A program made the position numbers and the translations under genes. A DNA stretch of 64,000 bases from Planktothrix sp. GU0601_MAG3. Lineage in GTDB: Bacteria > Cyanobacteriota > Cyanobacteriia > Cyanobacteriales > Microcoleaceae. Numbering within the stretch: the first letter of the stretch is position 1; each line of letters begins with the position of its first letter. The notes below the pieces were generated by a model. That model saw only the letters and a program-made list of their open reading frames with translations. It searched no databases and was not told the DNA's origin. The stretch lies in the NCBI GenBank assembly GCA_035193785.1, contig CP136572.1:5012578-5076577 (forward strand). The letters are read 5' to 3'. Positions 1-10,769 of this stretch are shown here, piece after piece.

Positions 1-106
1 TGCCTTAGATAAAACATCTCTAGCAATAGACTCAACCCATTGCCAATATCCTATTTCATCCGGCAGAATATCGCGTGTTCCTCGTAATGCCTTAATCAGT
101 TTCCAT
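1..106 (-). CDS. hisS: Histidyl-tRNA synthetase, N-terminus only (runs off window edge; +1 indel just after start)
   Basis: Reverse strand reads M(E)LIKALRGTRDILPDEIGYWQWVESIARDVLSKA after removing one A; the RGTRDILP motif is typical of the HisRS N-terminus. Confidence 0.85.
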
Positions 107-124
107 TAGTTTCTCAATTAATCG

Positions 125-436
125 TTAGTCCTGCGGCGGATCGATTGTTTCCCAGACGCCATAACGATCGTTATAATACGCCAAAATTTGATCAATCTGT
201 TGACGAGTTTCTGGATTTTGGGTGTGATCATATTCAATCCATAAACTCCCCACTTGACTTTGGGTATAATCAAATTCTGGTGGGATTTCATCGGGACTAA
301 TATGAGTTGCAATTAACCCCGTGTCCACTCCTTCCACCTGTCGTAAATGGGCAGCCACTTCCCGATAAACGCTTAAGGGAAGTTTCGGACAGCGAATTTC
401 ATAGCGAAGCCGTTGTTTTTGTTTAACTGTTTGCAT
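125..436 (-). CDS. Conserved cyanobacterial hypothetical protein
   Basis: 103-aa ORF with LPLSVYREVAAHLRQVEGV and SQVGSLWIEY motifs; co-oriented between pedR and hisS. Confidence 0.75.
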   Translation of the reverse strand: MQTVKQKQRLRYEIRCPKLPLSVYREVAAHLRQVEGVDTGLIATHISPDEIPPEFDYTQSQVGSLWIEYDHTQNPETRQQIDQILAYYNDRYGVWETIDPPQD

Positions 437-459
437 TCAAAATTAACCTATTTTTTCCG

Positions 460-762
460 CTATTCTACCGTAGAAGAAATGATCACTTCTGTTTCATCGC
501 CACTGGTCACAAGGGGTAGAGAACAGCAATTAATATCATCCAGACAAACTTTCCCCCATTGTAATGCCCAAAGAACTAATGAAACTCGGTTCTCAGTGGC
601 AGTTTTTGTCAGAATATTACTGATATGATTGTCAACGGTACGCTTACTAATTTCCAATTTCTCTGAGATTTCTTGATTGGTTAATCCACCAGCCACTAAC
701 TCTACAACTTGCCGCTCTCGATCTGAAAGTGAAACAGGTCTGCGAGAATTGCCTTCCGTCAT
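460..762 (-). CDS. pedR: Small LuxR-type HTH regulator PedR (photosynthetic electron transport-dependent)
   Basis: LSDRERQVVELVAGGLTNQEISEKLEISKRTVDNHISNIL HTH followed by Cys-rich tail WGKVCLDDINCC. Confidence 0.85.
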   Translation of the reverse strand: MTEGNSRRPVSLSDRERQVVELVAGGLTNQEISEKLEISKRTVDNHISNILTKTATENRVSLVLWALQWGKVCLDDINCCSLPLVTSGDETEVIISSTVE

Positions 763-1088
763 ATTAGCTTCCAATTTCTGCATAACTACCTATTTATTAT
801 TCTAAAGGGAACCCGTCAACAATATCCTTTATTTGATCAAACTCAGGAATTTCTAATAAACTCCAGCCTTACAAGACATAACTGGCGTATATCAAATCTA
901 GCAGAAATGCTTATCACTTTTTTGTTAATTTTTCTTGATTTCGGCTCTGCTTAACCATTGACTATCAGCCCTTGCTTCTTGGTTGTTACTTCTTAGCAAA
1001 GGAGGACGCCCCACCCCAGGGCTGTTTCATTCTCCACGAAAAACTGTGTAACCTCTCCCCCTACTCCCCCTGCTCCCCCTGCTCCCCC

Positions 1089-1231
1089 CAGGGCTGTTTC
1101 ATTCTCAGGGAAACCCGGGTTTTGTAGGGGTAGTGCCCCCGTGCCTACCCTCCCCATCCAAGATTTGCAGGCGTTTCAGGGATTGGGGCAACCACGGGGG
1201 GATTGCCCCTACAAAGAATGAAACAGCCCTG
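1089..1231. mobile_element. MITE-like element with perfect 17-bp terminal inverted repeats enclosing a GTAG-type REP pair
   Basis: CAGGGCTGTTTCATTCT at 1089-1105 and AGAATGAAACAGCCCTG at 1215-1231; inner GTAGGGGTAGTGCCCCCGTG...CACGGGGGGATTGCCCCTAC; extra TIR copy at 1017-1033. Confidence 0.75.
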
Positions 1232-1341
1232 CCACTCCCCCTGCTCCCCCTGCTCCCCCTGCCCCCCCTGCCCCCCAAAACAAGTTCGGTAAACACCCCA
1301 AAAAAAATTTGTCAAGCTATTGCAATATTTTTTAACTATCT

Positions 1342-1359
1342 GTTACAATCGTTTACATA
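1342..1359 (+). promoter_or_regulatory. HLR1 (RpaB-binding) direct repeat
   Basis: GTTACAAT-CG-TTTACATA matches (G/T)TTACA(T/A)(T/A)-N2-(G/T)TTACA(T/A)(T/A) exactly; 35 bp upstream of ORF 1395. Confidence 0.75.
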
Positions 1360-1394
1360 AAGAACAAACTAAGTCAGCTTAGGAGAAAAATAAT

Positions 1395-1625
1395 ATGTTT
1401 ACCGTTTTAATCTCTTTATTTATCGTGGCTTGGGTTGCTGCTGCTGTGATTGGGACTCAGGCTTACTTCCTGGGCGAACAAACCAAACCCATTCACCAAC
1501 GGAATTGGAATTCTGTCGCCTTCGAGCAAATTGCCCAGTCTGTTACAGGTAAAGAAACTGACTATGCTGTCCGCGTCCCCGCCTATAGTTTGGATGCTTA
1601 CGCCAGCAATCATTTAAGTAATTAA
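1395..1625 (+). CDS. Small single-TM cyanobacterial protein, Psb35-related
   Basis: AGGAG RBS; N-terminal TM helix then GTQAYFLGEQTKPIHQRNW motif. Confidence 0.7.
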   Translation: MFTVLISLFIVAWVAAAVIGTQAYFLGEQTKPIHQRNWNSVAFEQIAQSVTGKETDYAVRVPAYSLDAYASNHLSN

Positions 1626-1670
1626 TTTTCTAAGTTTCAAGCCAAAAAGACAAAAAAATAAGTAACGTTT

Positions 1671-1709
1671 TACCCCCTCAATTAGTGGAAAGTTGAGGGG
1701 GTATTTTTT
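1671..1709 (+). terminator. Rho-independent terminator
   Basis: TACCCCCTCAA...TTGAGGGGGTA hairpin followed by a T run. Confidence 0.7.
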
Positions 1710-1738
1710 GTAAAAATTAAGTGGAAACCGGGTTCAAG

Positions 1739-2120
1739 TTAACGTTTCAATGAGCTCCAGATATGACTCAGTTCGATAATTAAAATAGTAGCCCAAACCA
1801 AAATACTAATTCCGGCGGCGGCGGCGGCAATATCTTTAATTATCCGAATGCGTTCATCTAGCTGTTTCTTTCATAAAATCGCATAGGGCTTCGATGCAGC
1901 TATTAAATAATTCAGCTATGAGCATCAGTCCTGTTCCGAACAGAATTAAAGTAAAATCTATCCATTCACGAAAAACAAAGGAAAGACCCAATACAAAGAT
2001 AGATAAAATCATCTTATAGGCAACGCTAAAATCAGACACGACTGCAAAATAGAGTCCCGATAAGATGATTTTAAACTTTCGGATCGGATGATAGCCGGGT
2101 TGACGGAATCTTTTACTCAT
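1739..2120 (-). CDS. dgkA: Prokaryotic diacylglycerol/undecaprenol kinase family protein (frameshift near 1860)
   Basis: ELFNSCIEALCD motif; downstream frame continues RIRIIKDIAAAAAGISI. Confidence 0.75.
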
Positions 2121-2129
2121 AAATATTAA

Positions 2130-2366
2130 TCAAACTTGAAGTTCAGGAATGTACTCATTTTCATAATGCTCGATTAAAACACCGAGAATATCCACGAGTG
2201 AGGCAAGGGAATGTTGTTCGTTTTCGCCAACTTCATCAATCAGTTGATCGAGCCACTCCACAAGCCGTTGATAATCTGCTTCATCCTGGGGAATGATTAA
2301 TCTATTGGCTAAGGGTTGCCACAGTTTTTGGGTTTCATCTATACTCAACATTTTGACTACCTCCAT
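2130..2366 (-). CDS. HigA-like antitoxin, N-terminal part only (no HTH)
   Basis: EADYQRLVEWLDQLIDEVGENEQHSLASLVDILGVLIEHYE is typical of the HigA N-domain; directly downstream of higB. Confidence 0.75.
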   Translation of the reverse strand: MEVVKMLSIDETQKLWQPLANRLIIPQDEADYQRLVEWLDQLIDEVGENEQHSLASLVDILGVLIEHYENEYIPELQV

Positions 2367-2647
2367 GTTCCTTGATCGTACTCTGTGTGGGTAAGCACTG
2401 CTCGGATATAAAGCTTTTGTCGATTATAATGAATGGCAGCAATCAACCGGACTTTATTACCGCCAATATTAAAGACAGTGAGATTACCAACTTGGTCAGC
2501 ACTGGGAAACTCCCTGCGGAGTTCAGCGAAGGAATTAAATGTCTCTGCTTTGACAATTTGATACCAACGAGCTAATGCACTTTTTGTATCTGGGTACTTT
2601 GCCGCAAATTCATTCAGACGTTTACGAGTGATGACGTGCATAATCAA
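2357..2647 (-). CDS. higB: Type II toxin, HigB family mRNA interferase
   Basis: MHVITRKRL...VFNIGGNKVRLIAAIHY...LTHTEYD signature. Confidence 0.9.
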   Translation of the reverse strand: MIMHVITRKRLNEFAAKYPDTKSALARWYQIVKAETFNSFAELRREFPSADQVGNLTVFNIGGNKVRLIAAIHYNRQKLYIRAVLTHTEYDQGTWR

Positions 2648-2703
2648 ACTGAAGGATATTAGCTAATTGTCTAACGGGTTTAATTGTTGACCTCATTAAT
2701 AAC

Positions 2704-2955
2704 TTACTCCTTATTACTTGAAGACTCCTGAGAATAGACATCTGCCATTAACTTCGGCCAGATTAATAGAAAAAATCCCATCCAGGCTAACAAAGGAATG
2801 GCGACTAAAATTGTAATCCACAGGGTTTTAAATAGAAACCAACTCCCGGAAATCAATGTAATTCCAGTTAATAGAATTGACCAAGGTTGACACCACCAGG
2901 GTTTATAATTCCAGGGATTAAAGGTTGGGGTTTCAATCGGTGTTTGATCTGTCAT
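2704..2955 (-). CDS. Small membrane protein (DUF6737-like)
   Basis: WNYKPWWCQPWSILLTG motif and two hydrophobic segments. Confidence 0.7.
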   Translation of the reverse strand: MTDQTPIETPTFNPWNYKPWWCQPWSILLTGITLISGSWFLFKTLWITILVAIPLLAWMGFFLLIWPKLMADVYSQESSSNKE

Positions 2956-2966
2956 TGTAAGTAAGT

Positions 2967-3020
2967 AGGGAACAGGGAACAGGGAACAGGGAACAGGGAA
3001 CAGGGAATAGGGAAAGGGAC
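2967..3020. repeat. STRR-type heptamer tandem repeat (AGGGAAC)n
   Basis: About 7 consecutive AGGGAAC/AGGGAAT units; short copy near 6809-6830. Confidence 0.85.
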
Positions 3021-3037
3021 AATAACTACATCACCTT

Positions 3038-3232
3038 TTACAAATTTTGCCATGCTTCATCCTCCTCTGGCTGTAACCAATCTTTTTGCAGGGAAGATTC
3101 ACTCAGTATGCTAATTTCTAACTGTTCTTGCTGATATTTGGTTTTAAGAAATTGCAGAAAATCCCAAACCTCTTGTAATATGAAATCTGGACTATTTTCT
3201 ACTTCTTTAATTAATAATTCTTTAGTGTTCAT
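3038..3232 (-). CDS. DUF2281-like small protein (putative orphan antitoxin)
   Basis: LQEVWDFLQFLK...SESSLQKDWLQPEEDEAWQNL pattern. Confidence 0.7.
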   Translation of the reverse strand: MNTKELLIKEVENSPDFILQEVWDFLQFLKTKYQQEQLEISILSESSLQKDWLQPEEDEAWQNL

Positions 3233-3282
3233 GTTTTTTACCTTGATTTTTTAGGTTTGAAAATCCAGAAAAAGGGGATTAT

Positions 3283-6200
3283 CTAAACAACAGAATTTTC
3301 CGGTAAAGCGGTTTGCATTTGAGCTAACCAACCTATTAAAGATTCTAACTGTTTATCCGCACTTAATACCGCTAATCCTCTCACAGTGACTTTACCTTTA
3401 CTATACACAAATCGAGTATGTAAACTTTCCGATAAATTGGCTTTTAATAAATTCCAGGCGGGCTCCTCCATGGGTGTTTCTAATAAAATATGTTGTTTCC
3501 CGTCGGGTTTAATACGAGAAAAGCCTAATTTTTTGGCAATTTGTTTGAGTTTCCATAATTCTAATTAATTGACGCGCTGGGGTGGGAATTGGGCCGTAGC
3601 GATCGCACCAATCTTCCTCAATTCGAGATAATTCATCCCGACTTTGACAAGCAGCAACTGACCGATAAGCACTCATTTTTTGATCTAAATCCGTCATATA
3701 ATCGGAAGGAATAAAAGCAGTTAAACTCAAGTCAATTTGAGTATCATCCACCTGGGGAATTTCTTGACCCCGGACTTCTTGGATAGCTTCTTGTAACATT
3801 TCACTATAAAGATCGAACCCGACCACATCCATTTGACCCGATTGTTCGGCCCCTAAAATATCTCCCGCGCCCCGAATTTCTAAGTCTCGCATGGCTAATT
3901 GATAACCCGATCCTAACTGGGCAAATTCTTGAATCGCCCTCAATCTTTTGCGAGCATCATCAGTTAAATTAACCCGTCCGTCGGCCGTTGTCGGATAGAA
4001 TAACCAAGCGTGGGCTTGCACCCCAGAACGTCCGACCCGACCGCGTAATTGATATAATTGACCTAGGCCGAAACGGTGGGAATCTTCAACTAAAATGGTG
4101 TTAACTCTGGGAATATCTAACCCCGATTCAATAATGGTTGTACAGACTAAAACATCCGCATCCCCGGAACTAAATGTTAACATAATTGATTCTAATTCGG
4201 AGGCATCTATTTGTCCGTGGGCGATCGCTAATCTTACCCCCGGAATCATCTCTCGAATTTGGGCGGATTTTTCTTCAATTCCTTCGATTCTAGGAACAAC
4301 ATAAAACACCTGTCCCCCTCGGTCTAATTCTTGACGAATTGCTGTTCTAATAATTTCTAAATTCAACGGAGATAAATGGGTTTGAATTGGGCGACGGGAA
4401 GGAGGAGGAGTGGTAATTAAACTCATTTCTCGAATCCCAGATAATGCCATATATAAGGTTCTGGGAATGGGTGTGGCGGTTAAAGTTAAGACATCAACAT
4501 GGGTTTTTAAGGTCTTAATTTTTTCCTTTTGATTAACTCCAAAACGTTGTTCTTCATCAACAACTAATAACCCTAAATCCTTAAAATGTACTCCCTTTCC
4601 CAGTAAGGATTGAGTACCGACAATTATATCAATTTCCCCCGTCGCTAACCGTTTTAATATCTCTTGTTTTTCTGAATTAGTGCGAAAACGATTAATTAAA
4701 GCAACTTCTATGGGATAGGGAGAAAATCGTTCCTTTAGGGTATGATAATGTTGTTGGGTTAAAATTGTGGTGGGGGCTAATAATGCTACCTGTTTTCCAG
4801 CAGTAACGGCTTTAAAAATAGCCCGAATTGCCACTTCTGTTTTACCAAATCCTACATCTCCACAAACTAAACGATCCATGGGGCGATCGCTTTCCATATC
4901 CCGTTTCACGTCTTGGGTGGATTTAATTTGATCGGGGGTTGGTTGATAGGAAAAGGAGTCTTCTAGTTCCTGTTGCCAAGGCATATCGGGGGGGTAAGCA
5001 TAGCCTGTTTGTTGGGCGCGTTGGGCGTATAATTTTAAGAGATCTACGGCTAATTTCTTTAAGGTTTTTTTGACTTTTTCCTTGGTTTTTTCCCAAGCCT
5101 GTCCGGTGAGTTTATTCAGTTGGGGAACTTTGCCCCCGGTACTTCTAAACCTCGATAAACTGCCAACTTGATCGGCGGCGACCCGTAGGGTTCCATCATC
5201 ATATTGTAAAACCAAATATTCCCGGGTTTCGTTATTAATTACTAGGCTTTCTAATTTGGTAAATCGCCCTACTCCGTGTTGACGATGAACCACAAAATCC
5301 CCGGGTCGGAGTTTATTCAGTTTCCACCTGTTTTGATGCCGCCCGCCGTCGTTTTCTAATATAACCATGGGTAGCCAGGGAATGCTGCCCATAAAATTCT
5401 CGGTCGGTAATTAAAACTAACCGAAAGGTGGGTAAAATAAACCCTTCTAATTCGGCTAGTCCGGTATATTTTAAGGCAACGGGGGTATTTTTAATTAAGC
5501 TATCAATGGCGGGGTAATCCCGGGGGTTAGGAATGAATTTTGAGGGGCAATCATGTTCTGATAATAGGGCAACGGATCGACTAGGTTGGGCGGAAACAAT
5601 AAATATAGAAAAATATCGTTCTCGCTCATAACGAATTAATTCTGCCAGTTTAGCAAATTGATGGGGTGTGGCGGGAAAGGGACGGGAAGCTAGGTTTAAA
5701 CTGGGAACATTGGTAATATTAACTAAGCTGGGTTGATAATCCCCCAATTCCGATAAATAGAGTTTATCAAAGGATTCAATTTGTTGCAAAGATTCGGTAA
5801 ACAGACGATGAATTTTAGGGAGTTTTTGGGGTAAGGCTTGCCATTGTTCTTCAATATGTTCTAACCAGCGATCGCTATGGGCACAACATTGATCTAATTC
5901 ATCAATTACAATTAAAGTTGTATCGGTTAAATAGTCTAATAAACAAGCGGGTTTTTCAAAAGCTAAACCTAACAGGGAATGATAGGATTTAGGCGGTTTA
6001 TAGTTATTATTATCTAGTTGAAATTCTGGTTTAGGGATGGGGGGAATAATTTGGGAAATTAAGGTTTCCGCATTGGCTAAATTCCCTTGAATAATTACAT
6101 CAAAATTCGTCGGGGTGAGAATCAGATTTTCAATTTTATCTAAGGATCTTTGGGTGGTGGGATCTAGTTCTCGAATTTGTTCTAACTCATCCCCAAACCA

Positions 6201-6801
6201 TTCTAAACGCACGGGTAATTCCGAGGCCACCGGAAAAATATCCACAATATCCCCCCGCCGACTCCATTGGCCCTCGGTTTCCACCAAGGATACCCGCTCA
6301 TAGCCTAACTTGGCAAATTGTTCATCCAGGGTTTTCCCGGCGGAGGTCATCCCCCGATACAGGGTTAAACAATAGGGTTGAAACGCCGACACCGGGGGTA
6401 AATGGGGCTGTAAACTTCTTTCTGTGGCCACAATTGCCATGGGGACAGTGGAGGGAGTTTGTAACCGTCCCGCCAACTCCGCTAATACCTGCATTTGGCC
6501 CCAAGTCATCTCCTCGGAGGTCACCGACTCGTAGGGGGACGCCTCGGAAGTGGGGTAAAACTGAATTGTCGCCCATCCCATCGCCTCCAGTTGGGCCGCC
6601 CACCGTCCGGCTTCCTCCAGGGTAGCTGTGACCACAAATAAATTTAATCCCGACTCCTGGGCTAAGGTAGAAGCGACTAACCCCTTGGGAATGCGAGACA
6701 GACCATTGAGGTAGAGGGACTGAGATTTATTCAGTTTGGTCAGGAGTTTCAGCCGTTAAAGGCGATCGTCCCAATGCACGCACGATGGAGGAAAATGTCA
6801 T
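3283..6801 (-). CDS. mfd: Transcription-repair coupling factor (three frameshifts)
   Basis: UvrB-like N-domain, CarD/RID ([12 protein letters not shown]), helicase motifs [23 protein letters not shown] and TRCF domain; ATG at 6801. Confidence 0.95.
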
Positions 6802-7009
6802 ATTGGAGTAGGGAACAGGGAATAGGGGACACCGGAACACCGGAGAGTAGGGTCTTGGTTCTCACCGTTAACCTCGACTGCTATAGTCAGTCGCCCTGCT
6901 ACAGAAGTCGTTCTAGTATTGTAAGCAATTCTTTTAAGATCCGATAAGATAATTAGATCTTGATAAGATCAGTTATTGTAATCTTTGATCTTCCTATCCT
7001 GACCTCAAA

Positions 7010-8332
7010 ATGTCATCTGTCTTCCAAGAAATTTTAATCGTTTTCCTGCTGATTGTAGCCAATGGCATATTTGCTATGTCAGAAATTGCTATTCTTTCAG
7101 CGCGTAAAGTTCGCTTACAACAGTTAGCCAATCGAGGCAATAAAAAAGCTAAAGTTGCTTTAGAATTAGCCAACTCTCCCAATAGTTTACTCTCAACGGT
7201 GCAAATTGGAATTACCCTAATTGGCATTTTAGCAGGAGCCTTTGGTGGGGCGGCAATTTCAGCCCGATTAGCCATCCAACTGAACAAAATTCCGATTTTA
7301 GTTCCCCACAGCAATGCGATTAGTTTTACAATTGTTGTGATCATTATTACCTATTTATCATTAATTGTTGGAGAATTAGTTCCTAAACGGTTAGCTTTGA
7401 ATGCTCCTGAATCCATAGCAACTAGCGTTTCAATTCCCATGCGTTGGTTATCTAATTTTAGTTCCCCAATTGTGCATTTATTGGGTATGTCTACGGAATT
7501 AATTTTAAGGCTTTTGGGTAGTCACTCCTCGACGGAACCGGAAGTTACCGAGGAGGAAATTAAGATTATGATTGAGCAGGGAACCCGATCGGGAATTGTG
7601 GAGGAAGCGGAACAAAATATTGTGGGACGGGTGTTTGAATTGGGCGATCGCCAAGTCAGAAGTTTAATGACACCTCGCCCTGAGATTTTTTGGCTTGATA
7701 TTGATGATTCTGCCGAAGAAAATCGTCAGAGCATTGCCAAAAATAGTTATACTCGTATTCTAGTTTGCCAGGAAGATTTAGATCATGTTTTAGGGTTTAT
7801 TAAAGTCGCGGATTTATTAACTCAATCCCTATCCGGTCAGCCCTTGGATTTAACCGCTAATTTACGCCGTCCTTTATTTGTTCCCGAAACCACTTCTGTT
7901 TTGAAAATTTTAGAATTATTTAAACAGGGAGAAACCCATTTTGCCGTGGTTGTTGATGAATATGGCGTGATTCAAGGATTAGTAACTTTAAATGATATTT
8001 TAATGGAATTAGTCGGTGATATGCCCTCCTGGGATAATCCCGAAGAACCCCAAAAAGTGCAACGGGAAGACGGATCTTGGTTATTAGATGGGATGTTGCC
8101 CGTTGAAGAATTTCTTGATTTATTTGAGTTAGAAGATTTATTAGAAGAATCAGAGGGAAACTATCACACCGTCGGGGGATTTGTGATTACTCAGTTAGGG
8201 CGGATTCCGGCGGCTGCGGATCATTTTGAATGGCAAAATTTACGGATTGAAGTTATGGATATGGATGGCAACCGCGTCGATAAAGTTTTAATTGTACCTT
8301 TGAATAAAAATGATGAACTTATTGAACCTTGA
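7010..8332 (+). CDS. Hemolysin-family CNNM/DUF21-CBS-CorC protein
   Basis: NGIFAMSEIA, GELVPKRLA, tandem CBS and C-terminal CorC_HlyC domain. Confidence 0.9.
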   Translation: MSSVFQEILIVFLLIVANGIFAMSEIAILSARKVRLQQLANRGNKKAKVALELANSPNSLLSTVQIGITLIGILAGAFGGAAISARLAIQLNKIPILVPHSNAISFTIVVIIITYLSLIVGELVPKRLALNAPESIATSVSIPMRWLSNFSSPIVHLLGMSTELILRLLGSHSSTEPEVTEEEIKIMIEQGTRSGIVEEAEQNIVGRVFELGDRQVRSLMTPRPEIFWLDIDDSAEENRQSIAKNSYTRILVCQEDLDHVLGFIKVADLLTQSLSGQPLDLTANLRRPLFVPETTSVLKILELFKQGETHFAVVVDEYGVIQGLVTLNDILMELVGDMPSWDNPEEPQKVQREDGSWLLDGMLPVEEFLDLFELEDLLEESEGNYHTVGGFVITQLGRIPAAADHFEWQNLRIEVMDMDGNRVDKVLIVPLNKNDELIEP

Positions 8333-8469
8333 AACAAATAAACTATTATCCGAATTACCTTAGAATTTAGGAAGTTTGCGATCGCTATACCAAAGGCAGG
8401 TTAGTGTTTAAAACTTCTTGGTTTCTTTATGGTTAAATTAATCTTTTCTGCTATGGTTTCAGGTTGTTT

Positions 8470-9652
8470 ATGATGAAAAAATCCCTATCTAAAATCTTGA
8501 TATTATTTTTCTGTTGGGCAATTGTACCATTATTCTTAGTGGAAATATTAATGATTGTCCTCGAACCCTATTTATCCCAAGGACTGTATCAATATGATCC
8601 CGATTTAGGGTTTAAAATTCGTCCCTACGCCAATGGAAATAATCAATTTGGGTTTAATGATCGAGATTATCCCCTACAAAAAGAACCGGGAAAATATCGA
8701 ATTTTAATTCTGAGTGATTCCTTTAATTGGGCGGGGGGAAAGGAAGGAAATTATACCGCTTTATTAGAACAAAAATTTGCCCAATATTATCAAAATTCTC
8801 AAGTTGAAGTGATTAATGTCGGATACCCCGGAACCCACACGGGGGAAACAATTAGCGTTATTAAAAAAATATGCCCTAGAATATCATCCCGATTTAGTCC
8901 TATTAGGTTTTTTTGTTGGCAATGACTTTATTGATGCTAAACCCAAACGCAAACGGATTATTGTTAATGATATTTATATTGATATTGATAAACGCAAAGA
9001 GTTAAAAATATTCGGTTATCCGATTATTAATCAATCTCGTTTGTTACTGTTTATTCAACAAAAATATAAAGTTTTTCAAGAGGCCCAAAAATCCCAAAAA
9101 CAATCAATTTCACCCTATCAGGTACAATTTGTGATTAATCCGGCTGAACCGGAAAAATCCCCTGGTATTCTATCCCTAGAAACCTTTCTAGCAACCGAAA
9201 AAACCCGCTTAGACTTTTGTAAACGTCAAGATTTGCAAAAAGGAGTTTGGAATGGTAATATTAACTATATTCTCCAAAGTATTGACGAAATGAATCGGTT
9301 ATTAGAACAGAAAAATATTCAGTTTATCGTTGCTATATATCCCGATGAGTTTCAAATCAATCCCAATTTATTAAACCAAATTCAGGAAAAACATGACTTA
9401 AATTTAGCTAATTATGAGATAAACTGTATGCAAAATCTTTTGATTTCCCATCTGCAATCACAACAAATTACCTATATAGATTTCCGCCCTCGGTTTCAAT
9501 CTGAACAAAAAAAACGTCCCTTATATCTGTTACAAGAACCCCACTGGAATTCGGCCGGAAATCAACTAGCTGCGGAACTATTGTTTGAGAAGTTAATCCC
9601 TAAAACCAATCAATTTTTTAAATCATCTTCCCTTTCACCCAAGAAAAATTAA
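8470..9652 (+). CDS. Membrane-anchored SGNH/GDSL (AlgX/AlgJ-like) protein (frameshift near 8850)
   Basis: N-terminal TM, ILSDSF block I, GNDF block III, EPHWNSAGN block V. Confidence 0.8.
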
Positions 9653-9653
9653 A

Positions 9654-10724
9654 ATGCAAAAAATAAAACTCAAAGCCTTAACTAAAATTCTCGGACAAAC
9701 TGCTTTCATCGCTTTAATTACCTTTGTAATGTCCGAAATTACCCTGAGAATTTATAATAAAATTAATCCCAGTTTTGTCTTTTACGATTCTTCCTATAAC
9801 CGTTTTCGGGGAAAACCTAACGCCCCCGACTATGATTTTAAGTTAAATTCCCAAGGCTTTAAAGACCTAGAATTTACCCAGGAAAAACCAGCCGAAACCT
9901 ACCGAATTTTAGGGATAGGAGATTCTTTTGCATACGGTGTTGTTCCCTATCAATATAATTATTTAACCCTTTTAGAAGTAAAATTAAATCAATCCGGTCA
10001 AAAAACTGAAGTGATTAATATGGGCATTCCGGGGCTCGGGCCAAGGGATTATTTATCTATTTTAGTCAATGAAGGATTACAACTCAAACCCGATAAAATT
10101 GTTCTATCTTTCTATATTGGTAATGATTTTTTAGATAATTATATGACCACCCACCTGAGAAAAGAGGAAAAATCCTATGTCGTAGCTTTAATCAAATCCC
10201 TAATTAAAATTCAAAGCCATTATCAAGGTACATTCACGAATACAGTGCCTAAATATGAGGATAATCAACCGACAATTGATAATGCCAAGTATCTCCAGAA
10301 TACTGTTAGTAAAAGTAATATGTTTGTGAAAAATCCCAACGATGATATATTTAAAGGTTTTGTAGATGATGCGGTAAAAGATATAATTGAAATTAAAAAA
10401 ATTGCCGCTTCTCAAAATATCCCTTTAACGATTGTGATTATTCCCGATGAAGTTCAAATTAACCCACAACTTCAACAGCAAGTTAAAGCAGCTTTTGATC
10501 CGAATGATCCAAATTTATTAGACTTTGAACTTCCTAACCGAATCTTAACAGAGAAATTACGACAGGCAAATATTGATTATTTGGATTTATTACCCAGTTT
10601 TGTCGCCGCTTCTAAAACAACCCGCCTCTATAAACCCAATGACACCCACTGGAATATCGCCGGAAACAGTTTAGCGGCTGAACTCATTACCCAACATCTC
10701 AAATCAAAAAATAATCAACCCTAG
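9654..10724 (+). CDS. Membrane-anchored SGNH/GDSL (AlgX/AlgJ-like) protein
   Basis: N-terminal TM, GIGDSF, GNDF, DTHWNIAGN. Confidence 0.85.
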   Translation: MQKIKLKALTKILGQTAFIALITFVMSEITLRIYNKINPSFVFYDSSYNRFRGKPNAPDYDFKLNSQGFKDLEFTQEKPAETYRILGIGDSFAYGVVPYQYNYLTLLEVKLNQSGQKTEVINMGIPGLGPRDYLSILVNEGLQLKPDKIVLSFYIGNDFLDNYMTTHLRKEEKSYVVALIKSLIKIQSHYQGTFTNTVPKYEDNQPTIDNAKYLQNTVSKSNMFVKNPNDDIFKGFVDDAVKDIIEIKKIAASQNIPLTIVIIPDEVQINPQLQQQVKAAFDPNDPNLLDFELPNRILTEKLRQANIDYLDLLPSFVAASKTTRLYKPNDTHWNIAGNSLAAELITQHLKSKNNQP

Positions 10725-10769
10725 ACAATAAACTATTTACTGGTAACTGATGACTGCTAACTGTATTAA

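Noticed and set aside
1105..1360. ORFs 1105-1296 and 1133-1360
   Set aside because: Translations of MITE and C-rich repeat DNA with low-complexity products.
3283..6801. Programmed frameshifting or split mfd
   Set aside because: Same single-base insertion pattern as in the rest of the window; an assembly artefact is more parsimonious.
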